A stretch of 64,000 nt of DNA, from IMG/VR virus record IMGVR_UViG_3300029876_000390; one strand, written 5' to 3'. How positions within the stretch are numbered: the stretch's first letter is position 1; each line of letters begins with the position of its first letter. Of the stretch, positions 45,601 through 54,279 are shown piece after piece. Origin of the DNA: a virus. A program made the position numbers and the translations under genes. Below the pieces are notes generated by a model, which saw only the letters and a program-made list of their open reading frames with translations, was not told where the DNA came from and did no database searches.

Positions 45601-48111
45601 TCCGGGATTTCCTCTACGATTTCCGGTATCAAGTCCACCATCACGAACGGTTTTAACAGTGCAGTTTCCTTTATCAAGGGTCTGGCTGGACAGGCGTTCT
45701 CGTGGGGCTCTGACATGATCGGCAACATTGTGTCCGGTATCCAGTCGAGGATTCAGGATGTGGCAAGTGCTGTATCGGGAGTGGCAGACCGTATCCGTTC
45801 CTTCCTGCACTTCTCTGTGCCGGATGAAGGACCTCTGGCAGATATGGAAAGCTGGATGCCGGACTTCATGCAGGGTCTGGCAAACGGTATCACGACCAAC
45901 ACCAGCCTTGTGACTGCGGCGGCGGAGAACCTGTCCACCACGCTGTCTACCTCCATCACCAACTCCATGAGGGGTGTGGAGCAGGCATACAGTAAGAGCT
46001 GGGCAGCCATCAGCCAGACGGTGAAAACCGGAACGGCAGGTGTGAGTGCTGCGATGAGATCCGCATGGAGTTCCATTACGACCAGTACCGCCAGCACATG
46101 GAATACCATCAAGTCCAGTATCCAGAACAGCTTCTCGGTGGTGAAATCCAATGTGACCTCTGCGACAGCAGCAGTGAAAACGTCCATGACCAGTGCATGG
46201 AATGCGGTGAAGTCGCTGACAACGACCAGCTGGAACGGAATTAAAACGGTCATTACCACAGCGTGGAACGGGATTAAATCCCTTACCACCTCTGCGACCG
46301 CTTCTGTAAAAACGTCCATGACCAGCGCATGGAATGCGGTGAAAAACCTGACGAATACCAGCTGGAATGGTATCAAAACAGTCATCACGACTGCATGGAA
46401 CAGCATCAAGAGTCTTACAACTTCCTCTGTATCCGCAGTTCGCAGTACGGTCACAAGCGGCTGGAACACACTGAAATCTACCACGACCTCTGCCTTCAAC
46501 AGCATCAAGTCCGCGGTGTCTTCGGCAATGTCCAGCCTGCGCAGCACGGTTTCTTCTGGTGTTGCAAGTATCAGGAGCAGTTTTAACTCGCTCGGTTCGA
46601 TTGCTTCTTCGGCATACCGCTGGGGTGCAGATATCTGTTCCCAGATGGCGTCAGGTGTCCGGGCAGCAGCCGGTTCCGTGATCGCAGCGGCAGAAAATGT
46701 CGCAAGCAGGGTCAGAAGTCTGCTGCATTTCTCTGTACCAGATGAAGGACCTCTGTCCGATGCAGATACCTATATGCCGGACTTCATGAAGCTGCTGGCG
46801 ATCGGCATTAAGAAAAATGTCAAGTCGGTGGTGAAAGCCGTGCAGGGACTTGCCGGGTCTATGAGCAACAACCTCACGACCCCGGTAGATTCTCTGGGCG
46901 ACTGGATGGATTCCGTGGTCGGCAGTTTTGCTACCACGATCAAGAAAAGTCAGAGCGGTATCGGTAGTGCTGCAAGGAATGCGGGCAGCGGTATCCAGTC
47001 CCAGTTGATGTCCGGGCTTTCCGGTCTGAAAACACAGTTCCAGCAGATCTGGACTGACCTGCAGGGTATCACCAAAACCGCAGTCGGCGGCATGAGCGAT
47101 GAAGTGAAGCAGGGCTTTTCGGATATGAAGGATTCCATTGGAGAGCTGAGTTCTCAGACCAGTTCCCTTGGAAATGCGATCCGCAGTCTTGGCGATACCT
47201 TCAACTCGGATTTCCTAAAGAGCCTGGGCAACGGCATCAGCAAGGTCGGTGACACGGTCAATACGGTCACGGGTCTAGTGGACAAGCTCGGCTCTATGAA
47301 GAACACCATCGGAAATCTCGGAAATACGATGCAGAACCTTGGCAATGTCCTCGGTACAGAGAACGGCGGTGGTCTGTTGTCCAACATCGGAGATTTCTTG
47401 TCGAAGATCGGCAGTGCAGATGGAGGTCAGATCGTGTCGAAGTTTGGCAATCTGATCTCTGGGCTGACCTCTAAAATGGGCGGTCTGGGAGAGGGAATCT
47501 CCGGCATCATCTCGAAGCTGGGAAGCCTTGGCTCCAGCGGTGGGGGAATCCTGTCGAATCTGGGCGGGCTGCTTTCCGGTGTAGTGTCGAAGATCGGCGG
47601 CTTAGGCGGCAGTCTTTCTGGGCTTCTGTCTGGTGTGGGTTCCACATTGGGCGGAATTGCTGGTTCTGCCGGTTCCGCAATCGCAGGACTGTTCGGCTCG
47701 GTTGGCACGACCGTATCCGGTCTGGCTGCTGGTGCGGGATCGGCTCTGGCTGGTATCGCTTCCTCGGCCGGAGGAGTGCTTGCTTCGGCAGGTACAGCAT
47801 TGGCCGGTCTTGCCGGTCCTGCAGGTATCGCAGTGGCAGCCGTTGGCGGCATCGGTCTTGGACTTACCGCTCTCTGGAAAAACTGCGATGGCTTCCGGGA
47901 AGGTGTCACAAATATCTGGAACAAGGTTACGTCGGTATTCTCGAATGGTGTGAATGCAGAACCTTTCCAAAACGATCAGTTCCGTGTCGACGGATATGCA
48001 GGTGGTCATGAAGCAGAAATCTGCGTTCACCGGAAAGAAGATCCTGTTTTTGGGAGACAGCATCACGGCACTGAACACATCGGAGCGTGGCTGGGTAAGA
48101 TACTTCAATGA
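42634..48111 (+). CDS. Tail tape measure protein (1825 aa) with extensive internal tandem repeats and a C-terminal Gly-rich region.
   Basis: N-terminal coiled coil, TMP-like core (VGKKFLPVTAAVTGLGTAAVKTAADFDSEMSKVSAISGATGDDFDQLRAKAREMGAKTKFSASEAASAMEYMAMAGW), more than 25 degenerate repeats of the SxWNAIxT...T type, RBS AAGGAGGTGGTCATCCAC before ATG 42634. Confidence 0.8.
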   Translation: MASRIQGITVEIGGDTTKLSKALESVNKSIKGTQSGLKDVNKLLKLDPSNTELVVQKQKMLKDAIEATKEKLATLKTAAQQANEQLANGEITQQQYDALQREIVETEQNLRSLQDQAATTNATLAKIDEVGEKLQNIGSSVENVGKKFLPVTAAVTGLGTAAVKTAADFDSEMSKVSAISGATGDDFDQLRAKAREMGAKTKFSASEAASAMEYMAMAGWKTSDMLNGIEGVMNLAAASGEDLATTSDIVTDALTAFGLSAADSGHFADILAAASSNANTNVSMMGETFKYCAPIAGALGFSAEDTAEAIGLMANSGIKASQAGTSLRTIMNNLSGEVTFVGKNIGEVTIATSNADGSMRSLNDILADCRVAFSGLSESEKAANAEALVGKNAMSGFLALMNSSETDINKLRGAIENCDGASESMAETMQDNLNGQLTILKSQLEELAISFGDILMPTIRKIVSAVQQLVDKLNSMDEGTRETIIKIGLLAASIGPLLIVLGKTISTVGTAMRGFSSLAKGVRLLITHVGSASGVFSKLGVVLGGLSGPVVAVVAVIGTLVAAFMNLWNTNEEFRTAITSIWNDIVSKVKGFCDQLTQRINGLGFDFKDVTEVLKAVWDGFCQVLAPLFEGAFQNIATILGVVLDTLLGLFDVFSNVFSGNWSGAWEAVKGIFSSIWDGVKSIFSTTLTALKSALDVFLGLFGTDWQTVWGSIKSFFETVWSGISSFFSNTVSAIQSVATTVFTAVSGFFTTVLTSIQTTFSTIWTAIYTAVSSVLNTIHTTVTTVWTAISTAISTVMNTISTTITSVWNGIYNTIKPLLDAFKYLFETIWQAIQILISAALTAIQTKISSIWNAIVAFVTPMLTGLQTTFSTVWSAIQTAISTVLTAIQTAVTTVWNAIVSFLSPLLTGIQTRMSTAWNAIKTVISTVLSAIQSTVSSIWNAISSKIYGVVNGIKSVVSSGWNAMKSTVSSLSNSIKSAATTAFNSMKSGISSTISGIKSTITNGFNSAVSFIKGLAGQAFSWGSDMIGNIVSGIQSRIQDVASAVSGVADRIRSFLHFSVPDEGPLADMESWMPDFMQGLANGITTNTSLVTAAAENLSTTLSTSITNSMRGVEQAYSKSWAAISQTVKTGTAGVSAAMRSAWSSITTSTASTWNTIKSSIQNSFSVVKSNVTSATAAVKTSMTSAWNAVKSLTTTSWNGIKTVITTAWNGIKSLTTSATASVKTSMTSAWNAVKNLTNTSWNGIKTVITTAWNSIKSLTTSSVSAVRSTVTSGWNTLKSTTTSAFNSIKSAVSSAMSSLRSTVSSGVASIRSSFNSLGSIASSAYRWGADICSQMASGVRAAAGSVIAAAENVASRVRSLLHFSVPDEGPLSDADTYMPDFMKLLAIGIKKNVKSVVKAVQGLAGSMSNNLTTPVDSLGDWMDSVVGSFATTIKKSQSGIGSAARNAGSGIQSQLMSGLSGLKTQFQQIWTDLQGITKTAVGGMSDEVKQGFSDMKDSIGELSSQTSSLGNAIRSLGDTFNSDFLKSLGNGISKVGDTVNTVTGLVDKLGSMKNTIGNLGNTMQNLGNVLGTENGGGLLSNIGDFLSKIGSADGGQIVSKFGNLISGLTSKMGGLGEGISGIISKLGSLGSSGGGILSNLGGLLSGVVSKIGGLGGSLSGLLSGVGSTLGGIAGSAGSAIAGLFGSVGTTVSGLAAGAGSALAGIASSAGGVLASAGTALAGLAGPAGIAVAAVGGIGLGLTALWKNCDGFREGVTNIWNKVTSVFSNGVNAEPFQNDQFRVDGYAGGHEAEICVHRKEDPVFGRQHHGTEHIGAWLGKILQ

Positions 48112-48754
48112 GATCATCCAGCCGGAGCGGTTTGTAAACCTGTCGGTATCCAGTGCCAGATGGTGCGATTATGAGGACAGCGTTTACGATGGCAACCCGG
48201 TCTTTTCCGGACCGGATCAGAACCACAACAATGTCATGGGCAATCAGGTGGAAAAACTCATCCGAGGCAAGGACAAGACCAGCCCTCACTACAAGGAAGT
48301 GACTGCCTACGCCGACTTTGATATGATCCTGATCGCCTGTGGTACGAATGATGGTGTTCCTTCCGGCGATATGGAAGGCGCTTTCACTTCAGAGAATGAA
48401 ATGGTCGCCATCGAAGAGCTGGACCGCAGGGCGTTTGCATCAGCATTCCGGTACAGCATCGAAAAACTGCAGCAGCTGTACCCGGCGGCGAAGATTTATA
48501 TCTGTACGCCGATTCAGGGCTATATCACAACCCGGAGCTATGCACAGTCCAAGGCGAAAGGCGATTATCTGAAACTTCTTGCTGGCAGGATGTCTCTGGA
48601 AGTCATTGATACTTTCTGCTGTGGTATCTGTGACATCTACGAGAAAAAGAATGCCAATGGCCGCTACCTGATTGATGGTCTGCATCCGAATGCGGCAGGC
48701 GCAAAGAAGATCGGAGTGTTCAATGCCAGTGCAGTGATTGCCAGCTATCGATAA
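48008..48754 (+). CDS. SGNH/GDSL-family hydrolase (esterase / lipase-acylhydrolase fold). Start uncertain (47954/47996/48008); overlaps the 3' end of the TMP ORF in the +1 frame.
   Basis: Block I KILFLGDSITA (GDS(L) motif with catalytic Ser), a later Gly block, and DGLHPN (catalytic Asp-x-x-His) near the C-terminus. Confidence 0.65.
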   Translation: MKQKSAFTGKKILFLGDSITALNTSERGWVRYFNEIIQPERFVNLSVSSARWCDYEDSVYDGNPVFSGPDQNHNNVMGNQVEKLIRGKDKTSPHYKEVTAYADFDMILIACGTNDGVPSGDMEGAFTSENEMVAIEELDRRAFASAFRYSIEKLQQLYPAAKIYICTPIQGYITTRSYAQSKAKGDYLKLLAGRMSLEVIDTFCCGICDIYEKKNANGRYLIDGLHPNAAGAKKIGVFNASAVIASYR

Positions 48755-48857
48755 TCAAATTCCACGGCTTGTCCGTGTTTTTATATACAATCCATATCAA
48801 AGGGCAGCTTCGGCTGTCTATTTTTATTGCCCGGATACGGGCGGAAAGGACGGAATT

Positions 48858-49280
48858 ATGCAGAATGTGATCGACAAGATTGAATGGATGTTTGCAGGCC
48901 TGGGTGGTTTCCTGGGCTGGTTCTTCGGCGGGTTTGACGGCTTTTTGTATGCACTTGTAGTGTTCGTGGTCTGTGACTACTTCACCGGGGTGCTGGCGGC
49001 AGCTATCAAGCATGAGCTTTCTTCTGAAGTAGGCTTTAAGGGAATCGCCAAGAAAGTATGTATCTTTGTGCTGGTTGGTATTGCCAATATCATTGACACA
49101 CAGATCCTTCAGAATGGAGCCGCCATCCGCACCGCTGTGGTGTTCTTCTATCTGGCTAACGAGGGCCTGAGCTGTCTTGAGAATGCAGCCGTGATCGGTC
49201 TTCCGGTGCCGGAGAAGCTCAAGGAGATGCTGGCACAGCTGAAAGACGAGCGCGATCAGGACAAAATCGACAAGCAGTAA
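48858..49280 (+). CDS. Holin (phage_holin_4_1 / TcdE-like).
   Basis: Three hydrophobic segments (FAGLGGFLGWFFGGFDGFLYALVVFVVCDYFTGVLAAAI; VCIFVLVGIANIID; AVVFFYLANEGLS) and a charged C-terminus; lies upstream of the endolysin. Confidence 0.7.
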   Translation: MQNVIDKIEWMFAGLGGFLGWFFGGFDGFLYALVVFVVCDYFTGVLAAAIKHELSSEVGFKGIAKKVCIFVLVGIANIIDTQILQNGAAIRTAVVFFYLANEGLSCLENAAVIGLPVPEKLKEMLAQLKDERDQDKIDKQ

Positions 49281-49334
49281 TCAACCGGGAGGGGCGTTAA
49301 GCCTCTCCCACATTTTATTTAGGAGGAACGGACC

Positions 49335-50042
49335 ATGAGTATGAAAGAATATCCCGCAAAGCTGACGACCGGCTACTACCGTGTGCGTGAGGACTGGGAA
49401 GATGAAGCATCCCAGCTTGGCGCATACCGCCTGCTGGCGAATGCAAAAGCCAAGTGCGATGAGAATCCCGGTAGCCGTGTGTTTGACAATGACGGCAATG
49501 TGATCTACCCGGAGGAGGCTGTGCCGGTGACAGGTGCAGAAGAAGCGGAGGAAAAGCCGGTTATGGACGAGCCGGAAGGGAAAGTACCGGACGAGGAGCC
49601 TTCGGAAGAGAAGGACACCCCTGTGACGGATGAGCAGAAAGAGGGACCCGGAAAGGAAGAGTATCCGACTGCAGAGGAACTCCCGGCAGCAATCGCCTAT
49701 GGCAAGCTCAAGACTCTTATGAATATCCGGGAAATGCCGGATACCAGTGCAGAGGTTGTGACCATCTATAAGAAGAATACGCTGATCGAAATCGTGGAGT
49801 TCTGTGCCGGCTGGCTGAAGATCAAATGCCCGGAAGCGACGAGCGGTCTGGCCTATGTTCTTAACAGTGCGGATACCTATGCCTTTACCGCCAGCAAGAT
49901 CTACACCGTTGTTCCGGGCGACAACCTCTGGAAGATTGCAGAGAAGGAACTGGGGGATGGAAGCCGTTGTGCCGATATCCGCGCACTGAACGGTCTGACT
50001 TCCAATGCCATCCGGGTCGGTATGAAGCTGCTGATCCCGTAA
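49335..50042 (+). CDS. Cell-wall-binding protein with SH3b-like and C-terminal LysM domains, with no catalytic domain recognised.
   Basis: LysM: YTVVPGDNLWKIAEKELGDGSRCADIRALNGLTSNAIRVGMKLLIP. SH3-like segment KLKTLMNIREMPDTSAEVVTIYKKNTLIEIVEFCAGWLKIK. Confidence 0.6.
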   Translation: MSMKEYPAKLTTGYYRVREDWEDEASQLGAYRLLANAKAKCDENPGSRVFDNDGNVIYPEEAVPVTGAEEAEEKPVMDEPEGKVPDEEPSEEKDTPVTDEQKEGPGKEEYPTAEELPAAIAYGKLKTLMNIREMPDTSAEVVTIYKKNTLIEIVEFCAGWLKIKCPEATSGLAYVLNSADTYAFTASKIYTVVPGDNLWKIAEKELGDGSRCADIRALNGLTSNAIRVGMKLLIP

Positions 50043-50108
50043 ACGGTGCATTTCGACGCTTTTTTAGGACTTCAATTCCCAACAGCATAACTGTATACTA
50101 GGGCTGAG

Positions 50109-50420
50109 GTGATGAAAATGAACGAAGTGCTCATGGCAGAAGATGTGTTAAGACCGTATGGCATCACATTGTATTACAAGGGCTGCGAATATCTGAGGGA
50201 TGCAATCATCCTGCACTGGCATCAGCCGAACCTGATACCAGGTCAGCTCATACAGCTTGTTGCAAATCAAAAAGGGGCTAAGAAGAGTAGTGTCCTCGGC
50301 ACCATTTCTACGATCGCAAACGTAGCGTGGAAAGTCAATGGGACAGGCGGCGAAAAACCGATGTCTGCCATGAAGTTCGTCTGTAGGATGCTAGAAGAAG
50401 CGGATGGGATTATAAAATAA
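50109..50420 (+). CDS. Stand-alone Spo0A C-terminal (DNA-binding) domain-like protein.
   Basis: GITLYYKGCEYLRDAIIL...SVLGTISTIANVAWKVNGTGGEKPMSAMKFVCRMLE resembles the Spo0A_C helix-turn-helix region (…AIEVAW…KPTNSEFIAMVADKL…); tentative. Confidence 0.45.
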   Translation: MMKMNEVLMAEDVLRPYGITLYYKGCEYLRDAIILHWHQPNLIPGQLIQLVANQKGAKKSSVLGTISTIANVAWKVNGTGGEKPMSAMKFVCRMLEEADGIIK

Positions 50421-50483
50421 CAAAATAACCACAGCACGAGACTCGGAGTGATCCGGGTCTCGATTTTTTTAGGAGGAATCGAT

Positions 50484-51956
50484 ATGGGATACACCAATAG
50501 TCCACTCGTTGTTTACACCAAACTCTCCCCGAACCATTCCGGGCAGAGAACACACAGCATTGACCGCATCACGCCGCATTGCGTGGTAGGCCAGCTTTCT
50601 GCAGAGAGCATTTGCGGATGTTTTACCAGTCCGACCCGTCAGGCCAGCTGTAACTATGGCATTGGCACGGACGGCCGTGTTTCTCTGTGCGTGAAGGAGA
50701 AGAACCGCAGCTGGTGCTCGTCCAGCAATTCCAATGACCAGAGAGCAGTCACCATCGAATGTGCCAGCGACATGAATGAGCCGTATGCGATGAACAGCGC
50801 CGTATATAACTCGCTCGTTAAGCTCTGCATCGATATCTGCAAACGTAACGGCAAGAAGAAGCTCCTGTGGCTGGGCGACAAGAATAAAACCCTCAACTAC
50901 GCTCCGGCAGCAGACGAGATGATCCTGACTGTTCATCGCTGGTTTGCCAACAAAAGCTGTCCCGGAAACTGGCTGTACGCCCGTCTGGGTGATCTGGCAG
51001 CAAGGGTGACGGCGGCACTTGGCGGTTCATCTTCATCCGGCCTGCAGGCATCTTCCCTTAAGAACCTGTCTGAAGCCGAGGCAGTGGCAGAGATCGGTCC
51101 ATTGTTTACCGAAAACCAGAAGCAGTCCGGCATCCTTGCCTGCGTGTCGATGGCGCAGTTTATTCTGGAGTCCGGCTACGGTAAGAGTGAATTGGCACAG
51201 AATGCTAATAACTGCTTTGGCATGAAGACCTCGCTTTCCGGGAACAGCTGGAGCGGCAGCAGTTGGGATGGCAAGTCGGTCTATACCAAGAAAACGCAGG
51301 AGCAGAATGCCGATGGCAGCTATGTCACGATTACCGCTAATTTCCGAAAGTACGCCTGTGTGGAGGACTCCATTGCCGACCACGCGGCATATCTGCTTGG
51401 TGCGATGAATGGCAGCAGGAAACGTTATGAAGGTCTGGCAGGATGCACGGATTACAAGAAGGCTGTGCAGATCATCAAGGATGGCGGCTATGCCACCAGC
51501 CACACCTATGTGCAGAATCTCTGCAATATCATCGAACGCTGGAACCTGACACAGTATAATGCTGCAACCCAGAACCATGAAAGTATCATCTCTGGCTGGT
51601 ATCGTGTGCGTAAGAGCTGGCAGAATGCAGCTTCCCAGAAAGGGGCGTTCCATGATCTGTCCTATGCGAAGCAGTGTGCGGATGCGAATCCGGGGTATAC
51701 GGTTTTTGACCCGACCGGAAAGGCGGTCTATCCTGTGAATCAGACTGCGTCTGTGCCGTATGCGGTTCGAGTGTCCATCAATGACCTCAACATCCGTAAA
51801 GGACCAGGCACAAACTACGGCAAGACCGGTTATTACACCGGAAGGGGCGTGTTCACCATCGTGGCAGAATCTGCTGGTGCTGGTTCTGTGAAAGGCTGGG
51901 GCAAGCTGAAATCCGGTGCAGGCTGGATCGCACTTGACTTCGCAGCACGTATCTGA
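50484..51956 (+). CDS. Endolysin: N-acetylmuramoyl-L-alanine amidase (amidase_2/PGRP) + glucosaminidase domain + C-terminal SH3-like repeats.
   Basis: Amidase_2 region HSIDRITPHCVVG...TIECASD; glucosaminidase motif ILACVSMAQFILESGYGKSELAQNANNCFGMK; two SH3-like repeats (GWYRVRKSWQN..., VRVSINDLNIRKGPGTNYG...). Confidence 0.8.
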   Translation: MGYTNSPLVVYTKLSPNHSGQRTHSIDRITPHCVVGQLSAESICGCFTSPTRQASCNYGIGTDGRVSLCVKEKNRSWCSSSNSNDQRAVTIECASDMNEPYAMNSAVYNSLVKLCIDICKRNGKKKLLWLGDKNKTLNYAPAADEMILTVHRWFANKSCPGNWLYARLGDLAARVTAALGGSSSSGLQASSLKNLSEAEAVAEIGPLFTENQKQSGILACVSMAQFILESGYGKSELAQNANNCFGMKTSLSGNSWSGSSWDGKSVYTKKTQEQNADGSYVTITANFRKYACVEDSIADHAAYLLGAMNGSRKRYEGLAGCTDYKKAVQIIKDGGYATSHTYVQNLCNIIERWNLTQYNAATQNHESIISGWYRVRKSWQNAASQKGAFHDLSYAKQCADANPGYTVFDPTGKAVYPVNQTASVPYAVRVSINDLNIRKGPGTNYGKTGYYTGRGVFTIVAESAGAGSVKGWGKLKSGAGWIALDFAARI

Positions 51957-52176
51957 CCTTCATGGGCTTTCCTGAAAAGGAGAGCCTTTTACATACAACG
52001 CAATCGTCAGTTCTGCCCGATTATATGGGCAGATATTCTACGATTTATAGTTCGGATATCACTTGCTATAAGTGCCGGATAGAGCAAATATGTCACTACC
52101 CGAAGATAGGAAAAGGCGGTGGCATTACCACACGTTTTCCTTTCGGAAGGAAAATCTGACGAAAGGAGAGGACGAT

Positions 52177-54279
52177 ATGGAGTCAAATGCTTTTCTGAAT
52201 GACTTGATGTCAAAGATGAAGCTGCCGGAAGCAAAAGGAAAGAAAAAGGCAGAACAGAGTGAATCGGTGGCGCAGATTCTTGCCGCCATGCAAAAGGTCA
52301 AGACTGAGAAAAAGAAGCCGCCTGTAACCAGCTACGCACCGACAAAAGAAATGCCGGTGAATGAGCTGGAGAGTATGGAAGAATTCTCCCAGCTCGCATC
52401 CGATGTGATGCAGGAATGCCGGCCGGCAATACCAGCGGTGAAAACATCAATTTCAGAGAAGACTGTTCGGGTCGCCGCATATATCCGTGTTTCTTCCACC
52501 AATCCGGCACAGGAGGATTCGTATGAAATGCAGGAACGCTACTTTATGTCACTCCTGGCAGGAAATGCAGGGTGGACATCCGCCGGCATTTATTCCGATC
52601 ATGGCATTTCCGCAACAAGCAGGGAAGGACGGACAGGTTTCAACCGTTTGCTCCGGCACTGCAAGCAGGGGAAAATTGACCGTGTAATCTGCAAGTCCAT
52701 CAGCCGTTTTGCCCGAAACACGCAGGACTTCCTTGTGGCATTGCGGACCTTAAAGGAAAACAATGTCACGATCCTGTTTGAGCGGGAAGCGATGGATACA
52801 GCGGATGCTTACAGCGAGTTCATTCTTACTACGCTGGCCGCCATTGCCCAGGAAGAGAGCCGTTCGATTTCAGCAAACATTGCATGGAGCAATCAGAAAC
52901 GGTTTCCGGCCGGAAATGTCTGCAACAAGGATATCTACGGATACGAATTCCGCAAAGGGGAGTATACAGTGAACGAGAACGGATACCGATACCGGGCAGT
53001 GTTCATCATCCCGGAAGAAGCAGAGATTGTTCGGATGGTGTTCCGGTTTTTTACAAAAGAAGAGCTGAGCTTCACACAGATCGCCCAGAAGCTGGATGCC
53101 CTGCATATCCCGCCGCCGAACAGCGGATGCAGACAGCGGCAAAAGCGGAAGCCGACTGTGCTGCCAGCTGGCGCACTAAAGGAAGAAGATAAGCGGGGGT
53201 GGACGGCAACGGATGTTCGGTACATGATCGCAAATGTTCGTTACTGCGGTTCCGTACTTTGTCAGAAGACCTTCACCGATCACAGGAATGGGCATAAACA
53301 GAAGGTCAATAAGGGGGAAAAGCCGAAATACCTGATACGAAATCATCATCCGGCTATCATTTCGGAAGAATTGTGGCAGGAAGCACAGGAAGTCTGGAAG
53401 GCATACACGGCAAAGTATAGGGGCATCGAAAAGGGAAGAAACGAAAGAAACTATTCCAAGCTCCTGCTGTGTGGAGAATGCGGACGGTATTTTCAAGGCC
53501 ATTCCACAACAAGGACAACCATCTGGCGGTGTGCGACGAAGCTCGCCCAGCAGGGACAGAAGCGCTGCCGAATGGAACCGATTTATGAAGAGCAGATCCA
53601 GACGCTGCTTTGCAAAGCATTTGCCGAAAAATTCAAGCTGGGTGAGAAGATGGATGCAGAAGTCCATGAGGTCATGCAGATGATCTCCAAAGCACCCATT
53701 GATAATGCGAGAAATCAGGCATTAAAGAACCTGACTGAGAAGCTGAGAGAGATCCATGATTTCGACCATATGGAGCAGGAAGGGGATTTTCTGAAACGCC
53801 AGCTGTCTGCAGTGAACTATAGCATTCGGGATGTCCACCAGCACATTCGGGATATTCAGGCGGAAAAAGAAGCATTGAAAGTGCGATGTGAGGTGCTGGG
53901 AGAACCGAGAGATAAAGAAGCAGTCACAGAGTTAGAAAACCGACTTCTCAATGAAGAAGAACAGCTGGAGAAGCTGGAACATGAAGCCCAGCAACAGGCC
54001 GAACAGGTTCGGTACATGGAAGATTACTGGAAGAAGCTGGAGCAGACCCATGAAATCCGGGAGAAAACGCTGCAATGGCTGGATTCTCTGGCGGGAGGGA
54101 CGCAGATGTTTCTGGATGAAGCAGTTGGAACGTATGTGAAAGCCTTTGTGCTTTCCGTTACCATTTTTTCACCGAAACATTTTAGAATCCACTGGTTTGA
54201 TGACACCTGTACGGAAGTGGAGTGTGACAGCGTATTTGAGGGCTATCAGCAGCCTGGCATGATAAGGAGGAAGTATTGA
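52177..54279 (+). CDS. Large serine recombinase (integrase), first of a tandem pair.
   Basis: Resolvase catalytic domain VAAYIRVSSTNPAQEDSYEMQ...DRVICKSISRFARN, recombinase domain, zinc-ribbon (CGECGRYF...CRCA...CR), coiled-coil C-terminus. Confidence 0.85.
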   Translation: MESNAFLNDLMSKMKLPEAKGKKKAEQSESVAQILAAMQKVKTEKKKPPVTSYAPTKEMPVNELESMEEFSQLASDVMQECRPAIPAVKTSISEKTVRVAAYIRVSSTNPAQEDSYEMQERYFMSLLAGNAGWTSAGIYSDHGISATSREGRTGFNRLLRHCKQGKIDRVICKSISRFARNTQDFLVALRTLKENNVTILFEREAMDTADAYSEFILTTLAAIAQEESRSISANIAWSNQKRFPAGNVCNKDIYGYEFRKGEYTVNENGYRYRAVFIIPEEAEIVRMVFRFFTKEELSFTQIAQKLDALHIPPPNSGCRQRQKRKPTVLPAGALKEEDKRGWTATDVRYMIANVRYCGSVLCQKTFTDHRNGHKQKVNKGEKPKYLIRNHHPAIISEELWQEAQEVWKAYTAKYRGIEKGRNERNYSKLLLCGECGRYFQGHSTTRTTIWRCATKLAQQGQKRCRMEPIYEEQIQTLLCKAFAEKFKLGEKMDAEVHEVMQMISKAPIDNARNQALKNLTEKLREIHDFDHMEQEGDFLKRQLSAVNYSIRDVHQHIRDIQAEKEALKVRCEVLGEPRDKEAVTELENRLLNEEEQLEKLEHEAQQQAEQVRYMEDYWKKLEQTHEIREKTLQWLDSLAGGTQMFLDEAVGTYVKAFVLSVTIFSPKHFRIHWFDDTCTEVECDSVFEGYQQPGMIRRKY

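Noticed and set aside
44300-47900. Highly repetitive DNA inside the tape measure gene, considered as a possible CRISPR array or satellite repeat.
   Set aside because: Repeats are in-frame protein repeats (SxWNAIxT... units) of variable length within a continuous 5.5-kb ORF; no direct repeat-spacer periodicity.
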